NCBI GenBank assembly: GCA_965662915.1
Contig: CBFIJG010000001.1
Coordinates: 173,929-237,928 of the forward strand
Direction of reading: 5' to 3'
DNA: 64,000 nucleotides
From: Planctomycetota bacterium
GTDB taxonomy: Bacteria; Planctomycetota; UBA1135; GCA-002686595
Part shown: positions 17,539 to 27,594 of the stretch, piece by piece
Layout of the letters: each line of letters starts with the position of its first letter
Position numbering within the stretch: position 1 is the first letter of the stretch
The notes under the pieces: model-generated
What the model was told of the DNA's origin: nothing
The model's database searches: none
The model's input: the letters and a program-made list of their open reading frames with translations, nothing else
Translations under genes and position numbers: made by a program

Positions 17539-18936
17539 ATGACCGTCTCCAGTCGCCCTGAGGCCTCCGGCGCCGGGGAAGCACCTCCGCCGCCGATCAC
17601 GGCCTCCCCCTCGGTTGGCGTTGGTCAGTGGGTGCTTCAGCGCGTCTACGACATCGCGATCGGGGTCACCTGGGCCTGCATTTCCCCGCTCTTCCTGCTC
17701 GGGGGGCTGGTGCGTCCTCGCCTCGCTCGCAAAGCGCTCTCGCTCTCAACCGTGGGGCTGCCGGCGCTGGAGCCGTCCGATCCGAACCGGCCGCGGGTGC
17801 TCGTGCACGGAGTCTCGGTGGGTGAGATCAAGGCCGCGCAGTCGATCGTCGCGGCTCTGAAGGATCGCTACGAGGTGATCGTCAGCGCCTTCAGTGACAC
17901 GGGCCTGGAGGTCGCGGGGCAGCTCTTCTCGGGCGTCACCATCGTGCGGTACCCCTTCGACTTCCTGCCTCTCGTGCGCCGCTTCTGGTCGCGGATCCGG
18001 CCCGATCACGTCCTCCTGATGGAGCTCGAGGCCTGGCCCTGTTTCCTCCGCGAGGCGAATCGACGAGGCGCGCCGGTCGCGGTGGTGAGCGGAAGGATCA
18101 CGGAGGAGTCCTTCCGCCGCTATCAGATGTTCGGCTCGCTGCCCGAGTTCGGCAGGATCTCGCTCTTCGCCGCACAGGACGAGGTGTACGCAGAGCGCTT
18201 CCGTGCCCTCGCTGGCTCGGATGCAAGGGTCGTCGTGACGGGCAACGTGAAGATCGACGGGCTTCGTCCTCTCGAGGCCGGCGAGGAGGACCCGGCCCTG
18301 GAGGCGCTCCGCTGGACCGCAGGCCTGTCCGGGCTCGCTGAAGCTCCGCTGGTGATCGTCGCGGGCAGCACCCACGAGCCGGAGGAGACGCTCTTCCATG
18401 CTGCGTGCCTGGAAGCAGTCCCTCGCGCTCGCCTGGTGATCGTGCCGAGGCATCCCGAACGGGGCGCTGACGTGGCCTCGAACCTGGCCTGCTCGCTCCA
18501 GCCCGGAGCCGGTCCCGAGCTGCTGTCGCAGCTGCGTCGCGTCGGCGCGCAGGGCTCGATCGGCCGTCCGCTGATTGTCGACACGATCGGTGAGCTGGAA
18601 CGTCTCTACGGTCTGGCCGACCTCGTGTTCATCGGTGGGAGCCTGATCCCTCACGGCGGACAGAACATGATGGAGCCGGCCGCGCAGGGCCGTCCCGTGA
18701 TCTACGGTCCCCATGTCCAGAACTTCGCGGAGGAGACCGCGTTGCTGGAGCAGGCCGGCGCCGCCATCCGGGTCGAGGACAACCGCGTTCTGGCGGCCGA
18801 GCTCGCACGCCTGGCCCACGACGAGGGGGCGCGCCGCCGGATGGGACAGGCAGGGAGGGCAGCCCTCCTGGGGCAGCGGGGAGCGACGGGGGCGACTCTC
18901 GCGGCTCTCGCTGCGCGCTGTGGCCTTCACGCCTGA
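17539..18936 (+). CDS. waaA: 3-deoxy-D-manno-octulosonic acid (Kdo) transferase
   Basis: Contains VHGVSVGEIKAAQSIVAALK, GSTHEPEE and GGSLIPHGGQNMMEPAAQGRPVIYGPHVQNF, typical of WaaA/KdtA (GT30). Confidence 0.9.
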   Translation: MTVSSRPEASGAGEAPPPPITASPSVGVGQWVLQRVYDIAIGVTWACISPLFLLGGLVRPRLARKALSLSTVGLPALEPSDPNRPRVLVHGVSVGEIKAAQSIVAALKDRYEVIVSAFSDTGLEVAGQLFSGVTIVRYPFDFLPLVRRFWSRIRPDHVLLMELEAWPCFLREANRRGAPVAVVSGRITEESFRRYQMFGSLPEFGRISLFAAQDEVYAERFRALAGSDARVVVTGNVKIDGLRPLEAGEEDPALEALRWTAGLSGLAEAPLVIVAGSTHEPEETLFHAACLEAVPRARLVIVPRHPERGADVASNLACSLQPGAGPELLSQLRRVGAQGSIGRPLIVDTIGELERLYGLADLVFIGGSLIPHGGQNMMEPAAQGRPVIYGPHVQNFAEETALLEQAGAAIRVEDNRVLAAELARLAHDEGARRRMGQAGRAALLGQRGATGATLAALAARCGLHA

Positions 18937-19150
18937 GTCTCCCGGGCTCGGCGCGCCGATGAGGAGCGGATGAACGCGCCCGTTCGGCCCGGCGAGCGGC
19001 CACGTCCAATGGCGCCCCCCGTTCCTGTTCGTCGGCGGCATGCCGCCGTATCATCTTCCGCCTGCCCCGGATGGGGCGCCCCCCCCGATTCTTCGAACCG
19101 CGCGCCGCGTCCCCTTCCGGCGGCCTCCAGCGCACCAGGACCCCAGATCC

Positions 19151-20338
19151 ATGGCCCGTTCTCTCTTCACGTCCGAATCCGTCTCCATGGGCCACCCCGA
19201 CAAGGTGGCCGACCAGGTCTCCGACGCGGTCCTCGACGCCCTCCTGGCGCAGGACCCCAACAGCCGTGTCGCCTGCGAGACCATGATCACGACCGGCATC
19301 TGCATCATCGCCGGCGAGATCACGACCACGGCTCGCGTCGACTACCAGGACGTCGTTCGCGACGCGATCCGAAGGATCGGATACACGGACGATGCCTTCG
19401 GCATCAACGCGGACACCTGCGCTGTCATGGTGAGTCTGGACCGTCAGTCCCCTGACATCGCCCAGGGCGTCGACGACGACAAGGGCCTCCACGTGGAGCA
19501 GGGAGCCGGCGACCAGGGCCTCATGTTCGGCTACGCCTGCGACGAGACCGAGGAGCTGATGCCGCTCCCGATCCATCTGTCCCACCGCCTGGTCGAGTGC
19601 ATGGCGACGATGCGCGAGAACAAGACTCTTCCCTGGCTGCGGCCGGACAGCAAGAGCCAGGTCACCGTCGAGTACGAGGGCGACAAGCCCGTCCGCGTGC
19701 ACACCGTGGTCATCTCCACTCAGCACGATCCCGAAGTGAACGGGAAGTCCGAGGAGGCTGATGTCCTCGCCGAGATCAAGAAGGAGATCGTCGAGCACGT
19801 CATCAAGGCCGTTATCCCGGCCGAGATGCTCGATGGCGAGACGATCTACCACGTGAACCCGACGGGGAAATTCGTGATCGGGGGACCCCACGGCGACTGC
19901 GGGCTCACCGGTCGCAAGATCATCGTCGACACCTACGGCGGCATGGGCCGCCACGGGGGCGGCGCGTTCAGCGGCAAGGATCCGAGCAAGGTGGACCGCT
20001 CCGCGGCGTATGCGTCACGGTGGGTCGCGAAGAACGTCGTCGCGGCCGGGCTGGCCAGTCGCTGCGAGGTCCAGCTCTCCTACGCCATCGGCGTGGCGAA
20101 GCCCCTCTCGGTGCGAGTGGACACCTTCGGGACGGCCACTGCGGACGAGGCGGCCATTGCCCGTGCGGTCGAGCAGGTGTTCGACCTGACGCCCAAGGGG
20201 ATCATCGATGCGCTGGGGCTCAAGGCGCCGATCTTCAGAGCCACCGCGGCCCACGGGCACTTCGGCCGCCCGGAGTTCTCCTGGGAGCAGACCAGCAAGG
20301 TGGACGCTCTCAAGGAGGCGGTGGCGGCTGCCGTCTGA
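19151..20338 (+). CDS. metK: S-adenosylmethionine synthase
   Basis: Track ORF 19040..20338 trimmed to ATG 19151 ([30 protein letters not shown]). [12 protein letters not shown] and [19 protein letters not shown] are present. Confidence 0.98.
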   Translation: MARSLFTSESVSMGHPDKVADQVSDAVLDALLAQDPNSRVACETMITTGICIIAGEITTTARVDYQDVVRDAIRRIGYTDDAFGINADTCAVMVSLDRQSPDIAQGVDDDKGLHVEQGAGDQGLMFGYACDETEELMPLPIHLSHRLVECMATMRENKTLPWLRPDSKSQVTVEYEGDKPVRVHTVVISTQHDPEVNGKSEEADVLAEIKKEIVEHVIKAVIPAEMLDGETIYHVNPTGKFVIGGPHGDCGLTGRKIIVDTYGGMGRHGGGAFSGKDPSKVDRSAAYASRWVAKNVVAAGLASRCEVQLSYAIGVAKPLSVRVDTFGTATADEAAIARAVEQVFDLTPKGIIDALGLKAPIFRATAAHGHFGRPEFSWEQTSKVDALKEAVAAAV

Positions 20339-20372
20339 GCCTTGATCGCGGGTGATCCCGCATCTCCATGCT

Positions 20373-20410
20373 CCGCGGGGGCGCCGGGTCGTTACTCGGC
20401 GCCCCCGCGG
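20373..20410 (+). terminator. terminator-like hairpin after metK
   Basis: Perfect 14-bp stem CCGCGGGGGCGCCG / CGGCGCCCCCGCGG with a 10-nt loop, 35 nt after the metK stop. No U-tract. Confidence 0.55.
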
Positions 20411-20462
20411 CTGTATGCTCGCTGCCCCGGCACCATCGAGTGCCCTGACCCATCACGTGCCC

Positions 20463-21140
20463 ATGAAGCGACCCTCCCGCATGCTCCGCCGCGCCGGCTT
20501 CACGCTGGTCGAGCTCATCGCCGTCTTCGTCATCATCGGTCTCCTGGCCGCCGCGGTCGTCCCGAACGTGATGAGCGCGATCCGGGCCAGCGAGGAGACC
20601 GCCTGCGCTCAAAACCTGGACAAGGTGCGGACGGGATTCCTGGAGTACCAGAACAAGTACAAGCGCTGGCCCAAGGACTCCGGCGTGGGGTTCTTCGCAG
20701 CCATCGTCTCCGACAAGGTCTGGATGCCGACGGTCGCGAACACGCGCCGACTGAACTGTCCTGCGGTGGACCTGGAGAGCCTCGATCCCGCTATCGAGGA
20801 GATCGATCGCGCTGACTGGTATGCCCCTGCGAACAAGGAGTTGTTCGGGCCTGGCTGGTCCTCGTACGCCGGCCGTGATCTGAAGCGGGCGCGACTGCGG
20901 GGTCGGCAGGGCAGCGGCAAGACCGCTCTGATGGCCGATGACAACGATGACCCGATGGGCGAGGGCGGGAATCACTTCACCACCACCAACGTCCTATGGG
21001 ACGACCTCCAGGTGCGAGCCCTCGAGCTGGTCGAGGAGCAGGAGAAGGGTCTCCTGTCCGACGATGAGACCGTGACGTACATCCCGGTGGGGGCCGACTC
21101 TCCCATTTCGGGACTGCAGTCCCTGACCAACGACCGCTAG
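20463..21140 (+). CDS. prepilin-type N-terminal cleavage/methylation domain protein (DUF1559 / H-X9-DG-like)
   Basis: Track ORF 20352..21140 trimmed to ATG 20463 (MKRPSRMLRRAGFTLVELIAVFVIIGLLAA, a class III signal peptide with the G/FTLVE site). The C-terminal GNHFTTTNVLWDDLQV fits the H-X9-D motif of the PVC-group paralogous family, with DL in place of DG. Confidence 0.8.
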   Translation: MKRPSRMLRRAGFTLVELIAVFVIIGLLAAAVVPNVMSAIRASEETACAQNLDKVRTGFLEYQNKYKRWPKDSGVGFFAAIVSDKVWMPTVANTRRLNCPAVDLESLDPAIEEIDRADWYAPANKELFGPGWSSYAGRDLKRARLRGRQGSGKTALMADDNDDPMGEGGNHFTTTNVLWDDLQVRALELVEEQEKGLLSDDETVTYIPVGADSPISGLQSLTNDR

Positions 21141-21287
21141 GGCGCGAGGGAATCGAAGTTGGCCCGCAGGCGGCGGTGGGCCTCAGCCGATCCACTCCGT
21201 TGGCGGCGCGTACCTGCGGACCCCTTGCACTTGCTCGGATCCGGCGCGTCGGGCCGCCAGTCCCTGCCCACCGCTTCTCGCGCGCCA

Positions 21288-22208
21288 ATGAACCCCGCCG
21301 CACTCCTCCGCGCCATGCGGCCCCATCAGTGGGTCAAGAACGTGTTCGTTCTGGCGGCTCTCGTCTTCGCGCTGGGGGAAGCGGGCCCGGAGACAGCGAG
21401 TACCGCTGATCGACTGATCCGCGTCCTGTTGGCCACGGGGGCCTTTTGCCTGGGCGCCAGTGCCATCTACCTGGTGAACGACGTCGTCGACGTCGAGTCG
21501 GATCGGCAGCACCCGAAGAAGCGCAGGCGACCCATCGCTGCAGGCGAGCTGTCGATCCCGGCCGCGCTGTTCGCGTCGGTTGGCTGCGTGGCTGCGTCGC
21601 TTGCTCTGGCTCACGCCGCCACCCCCCCGGTGGAGGAGGCCGGCGCGGGGAGCGTGGTGCTCGTGGTCGGGGTCTACATGGTCTCGAACCTGCTCTACTC
21701 CCTGAAGCTGAAGCAGTTCGCGATCGTGGACGCGTTCCTGATCGCGCTCGGGTTCATGCTTCGAGTGGTGGCGGGGGCCTACGCGGCGGCCGCTCCGATC
21801 TCGCACTGGCTCTTGCTCTCCACCCTCTTCCTCGCCCTGTTCCTCGCTTTCTGCAAGAGACGGGCGGAGATGGATTTGCTCGGTGACGACGCCTCGCAGC
21901 ACCGGAAGAACCTCGGGCAGTACACACCTGAGTTCCTCGAGCAGGTGACCAGCGTTCTTTCCGGGTGCGCGATCATCACCTACGCGATGTACACGGTCGA
22001 CGAGGAGACCACGGCCAAGTTCGGCGAGGAGAACCATCTCGTCTGGTCCGTCCCCTTCGTGGTCTTCGGGCTCTTTCGGTATCTCCTGATCGTTCAGCGG
22101 CAGGAGGGTGGCGGCAGCCCGACGCGGGTGCTTCTCGGCGGTGACGTGATCTTCGTGATCAACGCAGCCCTCTGGGGAGCGATGGTGCTCGGCTGCCTGT
22201 TCCTTTGA
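21288..22208 (+). CDS. UbiA-family prenyltransferase (decaprenyl-phosphate phosphoribosyltransferase-like)
   Basis: Track ORF 21159..22208 trimmed to ATG 21288 (MNPAALLRAMRPHQWVKNVFVL). The Asp-rich motif is YLVNDVVDVESDRQHPKKRRRPIAAGEL, and there are about 8 TM helices. Confidence 0.8.
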   Translation: MNPAALLRAMRPHQWVKNVFVLAALVFALGEAGPETASTADRLIRVLLATGAFCLGASAIYLVNDVVDVESDRQHPKKRRRPIAAGELSIPAALFASVGCVAASLALAHAATPPVEEAGAGSVVLVVGVYMVSNLLYSLKLKQFAIVDAFLIALGFMLRVVAGAYAAAAPISHWLLLSTLFLALFLAFCKRRAEMDLLGDDASQHRKNLGQYTPEFLEQVTSVLSGCAIITYAMYTVDEETTAKFGEENHLVWSVPFVVFGLFRYLLIVQRQEGGGSPTRVLLGGDVIFVINAALWGAMVLGCLFL

Positions 22209-22230
22209 GCGACGCGTCGTCGATCGGGGC

Positions 22231-23835
22231 TCACCGCTCGTCGCCCGGGCCCGGCTGAGCGCGGCGGACGCGAAGGCGTTCGATCGAGGCCGCGCGCGCC
22301 TTTCGCCTGGCCGCAGCCTGCACGGCGCTGTGGATGACGGCACCACTGGCGTTCTGCGCGGTCCAGGCCTCGAGTGCTGCGGCGGGGTCCAACAGGGGCT
22401 CCACGTGGTTCGCGGGCCCTGCGAGCCAGCGCCCGAGGGTGGCCTCCGCGCCGGCAGGGTCTCCGCTCGAGGATCGGAGTCGATCGAGTAGCCACTCGAG
22501 CGCTGCGTCGTCTCCAGTGCGCAGGAGCCCGCCAGCGCAGGCGAGGCGAAGATCATCGCCGGGGCCGCGCTCGAAGACCTCGCGCAGGCGTTTGCTCGGT
22601 GGGGTCGGCAGATTCGCGATCGCGCGGGCCAGCGCGACGCGATCCTCGTAGGGGACGGGTGGAGCTGCTCCGAGCCTCCCGAGCAAGCGCGGGGCGGCTT
22701 CGTCCCCCGCCACGGCCACCAGGGCCTCGGCGGCGGCGCCGCGAACGGCCCCGCTCGGATCCTCCAGGGCCGCGCCGAGAGATCCTGCAGCGGCGCGGCC
22801 GCGCCGGCCCATGCGCTCCAGGACCTGGGCGGTGTGGAGTCGGACGTGGTCGTCGTCGTCCTCGAGCGCCTCGGCGAGGACCTCGCCCGCCCAGGGGCCC
22901 AGCGCCGAGAGCACGTAACGAGCGTCGTCGACGCCGCGGAGCTGGAAATGGGCGCCTGAGAGGTCGGAGATCCAGAGCCAGGTCTCGCCAAGGAGCGCCT
23001 GGCTGGGCGTCGGCACATCGGGCGGCCCGAGACCTTCGTAGCCAGCGAGGCTTGCCAGAAGGCTGGAACGGCCAGCCGCATCGCTCAGGGACACCGCCCT
23101 CGCCCGGGCGCGCTCCAGGGCGGCGTCGCATCCGAATCCCCACAGGGCCCGGAGGATCCAACCGAGGGCCTCGCCATCGGGCTCGTACTTCAGTCGGAGA
23201 AGCAGGCGAGGCACGACGGCGTCGGCGCCCTCCGCCGACCGATGGAACTCGAGGGCCCAGACCGCATAGCGCCGGAGCCACGCATCCTCCGCGTCCGCGG
23301 CGACGTCGCACAGCGCGGAGGCCATCTCCGCGGAGGGTAGCGTCGCGCCGAGGTCGATCAGAGCCTTGCGCTCGAGGGCGGGCCGCTCGCCGTCCTGGAG
23401 CCCGCGGACGAGGACCGGGAGCATAGCCGCTCCGATGCCCTCGATGTCACCCTGCGCTCGCTTCAGAGCGTCTGGTGTCGACAGCAGGAGCTCCACCATG
23501 CCTTCGCGGAACTCCACGAGGCCTGGGTCGAGAGGGGACGGGGACTGGGCGCCGACGGGGTCTTCCTCGACCGTGGCCGAGCGCGCGTCTGCAGCGATGG
23601 CGGGCGGGCCAGGATCCACATCCACGCCGGGCGGCAGGACCCCGGTGTCGTCGCGGAGCTCGCGAGAGTTGCCCACGCCACGACGGAAGCGCAGGCCCCG
23701 TCTCTTCAGCTCGGCGTCGAGGACGTCACGCAGCGGCCGCTGCGCTGGTGCGGGAGGCCCGGCCTCGCCTGGTTCCCGTCCATCGGCGCAAGCAGTCAGC
23801 GCCAGCGTGATCAGGAGACACGCAGACGCTCTCAA
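22231..23835 (-). CDS. HEAT-repeat lipoprotein
   Basis: TTG start overlapping the upstream stop (TTGA). Lipoprotein signal MRASACLLITLALTAC. Repeated helical units of about 30 aa (VRGAAAEALVAVAGDEAAPRLL, LRRYAVWALE, and others) are typical of PBS-lyase/HEAT-like repeats. Confidence 0.75.
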   Translation of the reverse strand: MRASACLLITLALTACADGREPGEAGPPAPAQRPLRDVLDAELKRRGLRFRRGVGNSRELRDDTGVLPPGVDVDPGPPAIAADARSATVEEDPVGAQSPSPLDPGLVEFREGMVELLLSTPDALKRAQGDIEGIGAAMLPVLVRGLQDGERPALERKALIDLGATLPSAEMASALCDVAADAEDAWLRRYAVWALEFHRSAEGADAVVPRLLLRLKYEPDGEALGWILRALWGFGCDAALERARARAVSLSDAAGRSSLLASLAGYEGLGPPDVPTPSQALLGETWLWISDLSGAHFQLRGVDDARYVLSALGPWAGEVLAEALEDDDDHVRLHTAQVLERMGRRGRAAAGSLGAALEDPSGAVRGAAAEALVAVAGDEAAPRLLGRLGAAPPVPYEDRVALARAIANLPTPPSKRLREVFERGPGDDLRLACAGGLLRTGDDAALEWLLDRLRSSSGDPAGAEATLGRWLAGPANHVEPLLDPAAALEAWTAQNASGAVIHSAVQAAARRKARAASIERLRVRRAQPGPGDER

Positions 23836-24857
23836 GGCTCGATGGTGACCCGGTGCACCAGGTCGGAGTCCTTGAAAGGATCCGTCACGTCGGCGAGATG
23901 CATCGCGAGGCCGGTCTCGGGGTCCCGGTAGTAAGGCGTGCGCTTGTAGACGAGAACCACCTCGACGGGACCCTCGACCGCGTTGCCGTCGCGGTCCGCC
24001 ACGGTCAGCGTCCGCGTCGCACCCCAGTGGAGCAGGGTGCTGGCGAGGTCCTTCTCATGGCGGTAGGGGTCCCGGATGCGGTGGAGGTGATTCCAGGTCC
24101 CGGGCTGATCGCCAGGGTCCACGGCGAGGGTGCGCCACCAGACATCCGACGCCCGGCTCCGCTCGTCGGTCGGATAGGCGTGGCCGCTCGTGTTCTCGAG
24201 GGTCACCGTCGCCACCCCATCCGCTCCACGAACGCCTTTGAGCTCGACGGCCGAGCGGACCATCTCGATGTAGTGGCCGCCGGGCATGACGTGGACACGA
24301 CCGCTTTCCGGGGTCCCGTCGCGATAGGGCATGTGGCACTCCATGCAGCCCTCCCGGTGCTCCGCATGGGGCGTGGCCTTCCATTGCTGGACGGTCTTGT
24401 GCTGGTCGTGACAGCCGGCGCAGAGGCTCACTCGCTGGAGCTCACGACGCGTGGTCGGCTGGCAAGCGGCCCGTGGATTGGTGATGGTCGCCGCCATGCC
24501 GCCGTCGGGCAGCAGGTGGCAGGTGAGGCAGTCGACGCCCTCGGAGCGTCGCGCCGAGCGGGGGAGCACTCGCTTCCCCAGCCCGGTCTCGAAGACAGGA
24601 CGCGGGGCGTGGCAATCGATGCAGTCCTTGTTGGCGAAGTCGTCGGACTGCGCGCGGACGTCCTCGTTGTTCCACGCGTTGGCGTGGGGCGAGCTCTTCC
24701 ACTCGTCGTAGATCTGCTGGTGGCACTCCGCGCACTGGGAGGAGCTGATCCACTCGGTGGGCGTCTGCGCCGCCGCGGACTCCTCCGGCGTACCGAGGAG
24801 CGCTGAGAGGAACCAGCTCGCGAGGAGCAGGACGATGATTCCCAGGGCGATTCGCAT
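23832..24857 (-). CDS. membrane-anchored pentahaem c-type cytochrome
   Basis: Track ORF 23832..24917 trimmed to ATG 24857 (MRIALGIIVLLLASWFLSALLG anchor or signal). Five CxxCH motifs: CAECH, CIDCH, CLTCH, CAGCH, CMECH. The C-terminal beta-rich domain carries LENTSGHAYPT. Confidence 0.85.
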   Translation of the reverse strand: MRIALGIIVLLLASWFLSALLGTPEESAAAQTPTEWISSSQCAECHQQIYDEWKSSPHANAWNNEDVRAQSDDFANKDCIDCHAPRPVFETGLGKRVLPRSARRSEGVDCLTCHLLPDGGMAATITNPRAACQPTTRRELQRVSLCAGCHDQHKTVQQWKATPHAEHREGCMECHMPYRDGTPESGRVHVMPGGHYIEMVRSAVELKGVRGADGVATVTLENTSGHAYPTDERSRASDVWWRTLAVDPGDQPGTWNHLHRIRDPYRHEKDLASTLLHWGATRTLTVADRDGNAVEGPVEVVLVYKRTPYYRDPETGLAMHLADVTDPFKDSDLVHRVTIEP

Positions 24858-24946
24858 GGCGCCCTCATAGCTCACCTTCCCGGGCGCGGTCACGCCAGCG
24901 CGTCGGCGCGGAAGCAAATCTCCGCGGCGACGGGTCGCGGGCAGGC

Positions 24947-25639
24947 TCAGCCTGGGGTCTCGATCCGGCCACCCTCCTGGATGGAGATCGTGCGGGTGGC
25001 GATTCGACCGGCCTCGGCGGGATCGTGCGTCACGTGGACGATCGTCAGACCGAATCGCTCTCCGAGGTCCTGGAGGCGATCCAGCAGGGCCTCACGTCGA
25101 GGCGCGTCGAGGGGCCCGAGGGGCTCGTCGAGAAGCAGGATTCTCGGCTCTGCGGCGAGCGCTCTGGCGAGGCCGAGTCGCTGGGCCTCCCCGCCGGAGA
25201 GGCTCGGGGCGCGACGCTTCTCGAAGCCCTCCAGGTCGACGATCTCCAGCAGTTCGCCGATGCGCGCGCGGCGGTCGCTCGCGTCGAGCGAGGTGCGGCG
25301 CTTCAGGACGAATTCGAGGGTCCCGGCGACGGACAGATGGGGCCACAGCGCTCCCCCTTGGAAGAGCATCTGCGCGCTCCGGTCCTCGGGGGGGATGGGC
25401 GTGAAGCCCGGCGTGCTGGCCGTCCGACCGAAGAGGGCGATCTCGCCCGAAGAGGGGGTCACGAGGCCCGCGATGGCACGCAGCAGCGTGGTCTTGCCGC
25501 TCCCCGACGGGCCGACGAGCAGGACGTGCTCACGCGGCTGGACGTCGAGGGTGACGCCATCGAGCAGCCTGGCCTCGCCAATCGAGACGCTCAGGGCCGT
25601 GCAGGTGATCGCGGGGACGGTCTCGGGCTGATCGATCAC
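24947..25639 (-). CDS. ABC transporter ATP-binding protein (short, ThiQ/FbpC-like, no TOBE domain)
   Basis: GTG start overlapping the permease stop (GTGA). Walker A GPSGSGKTT, signature LSGGEAQR, Walker B LLLDEP, and H-loop VTHD. Confidence 0.92.
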   Translation of the reverse strand: MIDQPETVPAITCTALSVSIGEARLLDGVTLDVQPREHVLLVGPSGSGKTTLLRAIAGLVTPSSGEIALFGRTASTPGFTPIPPEDRSAQMLFQGGALWPHLSVAGTLEFVLKRRTSLDASDRRARIGELLEIVDLEGFEKRRAPSLSGGEAQRLGLARALAAEPRILLLDEPLGPLDAPRREALLDRLQDLGERFGLTIVHVTHDPAEAGRIATRTISIQEGGRIETPG

Positions 25640-27507
25640 GGGAGGAAGCGCAGGCGAGCCCTGGCGAACAGGGACCAGAGGGTCCCGGGGAGAAGGATGG
25701 CGAAGATCACGAGGAGGGCGAGGGCCGAGACGAAGTCGTCGCGTCCGAAATGGACGGCGTTGAAGACCCGGAACATGGCGGTGTCGTTCGCCGCCGGGAC
25801 GAGGACCGCGGCGTCGAGCTCGCGCACCGAGAGAGCGAAGATCGCGATCCAGGTACCGACGAGGGTGGGCCAGATGCCGGGTGCGACGATCCTGAAGAGC
25901 CGGGAGATCGGCCCCGCGCCGGCGAGGCGTGCGGCCTCCTCGAGCCGGGGACTGTAGGAGGCGATGGCTCCTGAGACGATGAGCACGGCGATCCCGAGGA
26001 ACCGCCCGACGAACAGGAGCACCACGAGCCCCTGGCTGTCGTAGAAGCGCGCGCTGAACTCCCTGTTCCAGAGGACGATGGTGCCGATCCCGAAGAGGGT
26101 GGCCGGGACCACGAGTGGAAGGAGGGAGGCGACCTCGAGCAGCGCGCCACGTGGCGATCGACGGGCTGAGTGGCCAAGGATCAGCGCAAGCGGCGCGCAG
26201 ATCGACGCTGTCAGGAACGCGATGAGGAGGCTGGAGGCGAGGCTCTCCCGCGAGAGCTCGAAGGCACGGGCGAAGGCTGATCGGATGTTGGCGAGGAACA
26301 CGGGGATCCCGCCACCGGCGTCCGACACGTCGTCCCCTTCGCGCGCTGCGATGGCAGCGGCGACCTCCGGCGCGGCCAGGTCGACGGCTCGATTGCGCAT
26401 CGCCCCTGGCGCGACCTGCGGGGGCGGCTGATCACGTGGCTCGAGGCCAGCGGAGAGGAGGGCCGCGTTCTGGGACTTCTCCACGGTTGCCTCGCGCGTC
26501 GCTGCGGGGAGATCCTGCTGGGCGGCACCGGCGTCTTTGGGGCGAGGTGCGTTGGCGCCTGCCCCTCCCCCCTGGAGCCATGCCACTCGACGGATCGAGA
26601 CGCCGCTGAAGACCCGGGGCCCGCCGCCTGCTTCATAGGCGAGCCGGCCGATGGGGAGGATGGCCGCGACTGCGATCACGGTGGTGCAGAAGAGCGTCGC
26701 CATCCACCGCCAGGTGCCGAGCTGGATGCGGGCGGGTGTCTCGAAGGCTCCGTCGATGGTGGTGAGCTGATCACGTCGCCGCACAAGGAGGAGCGGTGTG
26801 ATGGCCAGAATGGTCAGGGCCACCAGCGGGAGAGCCGTCGCCACGGCGCGGGCTTCCTTCCCGTCGACCTGCCAGGTGCTGAAGACCTCTCCCGCGTAGA
26901 CGTTGAACTTCCTTCCCACCGCCGAGACGTAGTCCGGGAGTGCGAAGTCGTTGATGGCGATGATGAAGCTCAGGAGGGCACCCCCCAGCGCCGCAGGGAG
27001 AACGAGCTGGAGATCGAGCGCGAGGACGGCGGGCAGCCCGCCCACGAGGCGAGCAGCCTCCTCCCGCCGGGCATCGATCCGTTCAGCGGCGCGACTCGTG
27101 AACAGGCTCACAAGCGGAAACGTGGCGAACCCGAGGATGAGGGCGCACATCACCGGCCCTCTGGTTTCGAGCACCATCGTCCACGTCATCGCCAGCATGA
27201 TCGGCGGCACGAGAATCGGGACGACGCCGAGAGTGCGCAGGGCGCCGGCGCCGAGGACGTCCGTGCGCGCGACGAGGAATCCGAAGGGGAGGCCGATCGT
27301 GAGCGCGACGAGGGCGGCCCCGCTCCCGAGCATGGTGGTCCTGCCCAGGAGGCCGAGCGTCCGCTCGTCGAGCAGGGCGCTGATCGCCGCTGGATCCTCC
27401 TGGAGGCGGAGGAACATGATGGCCAGCGGGGCCAGGCCCACGACCGCGAAGGCACAGGCGGCGGGCCAGCTCAGGATCCGGCTCGGACGTGCGGCGTGGG
27501 GCTCCAT
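25636..27507 (-). CDS. ABC transporter permease, duplicated BPD-type (FbpB/ThiP-like)
   Basis: Two tandem membrane domains of six helices each, with EAA-like loops (AAERIDARREEAARLVG and RLEEAARLAGAGP). The loop after the first helix of the second half is an unusually long low-complexity stretch of about 105 aa. Confidence 0.88.
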   Translation of the reverse strand: MEPHAARPSRILSWPAACAFAVVGLAPLAIMFLRLQEDPAAISALLDERTLGLLGRTTMLGSGAALVALTIGLPFGFLVARTDVLGAGALRTLGVVPILVPPIMLAMTWTMVLETRGPVMCALILGFATFPLVSLFTSRAAERIDARREEAARLVGGLPAVLALDLQLVLPAALGGALLSFIIAINDFALPDYVSAVGRKFNVYAGEVFSTWQVDGKEARAVATALPLVALTILAITPLLLVRRRDQLTTIDGAFETPARIQLGTWRWMATLFCTTVIAVAAILPIGRLAYEAGGGPRVFSGVSIRRVAWLQGGGAGANAPRPKDAGAAQQDLPAATREATVEKSQNAALLSAGLEPRDQPPPQVAPGAMRNRAVDLAAPEVAAAIAAREGDDVSDAGGGIPVFLANIRSAFARAFELSRESLASSLLIAFLTASICAPLALILGHSARRSPRGALLEVASLLPLVVPATLFGIGTIVLWNREFSARFYDSQGLVVLLFVGRFLGIAVLIVSGAIASYSPRLEEAARLAGAGPISRLFRIVAPGIWPTLVGTWIAIFALSVRELDAAVLVPAANDTAMFRVFNAVHFGRDDFVSALALLVIFAILLPGTLWSLFARARLRFLP

Positions 27508-27594
27508 CGGCGATCTCTAGCGAAGCCCGGCCAGAGCGTCACGGCCGGGGTGGGAGATCATGCCAGCGCGGACGTCGGGGACACCGGGCGAGCG

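Noticed and set aside
14121-17600. 1159-aa minus-strand ORF, the longest ORF in the track
   Set aside because: It lies exactly antisense to secA, whose plus-strand translation carries every SecA motif. The minus-strand product is Arg/Leu/Gly/Pro-rich with no motifs. This is a typical shadow ORF in high-GC DNA.
18937-19150. SAM riboswitch upstream of metK
   Set aside because: The leader has a GGCGGCA/TGCCGCC hairpin, but none of the conserved SAM-I, SAM-II or SAM-IV core sequences I can recall. It is not supportable without a covariance-model scan.
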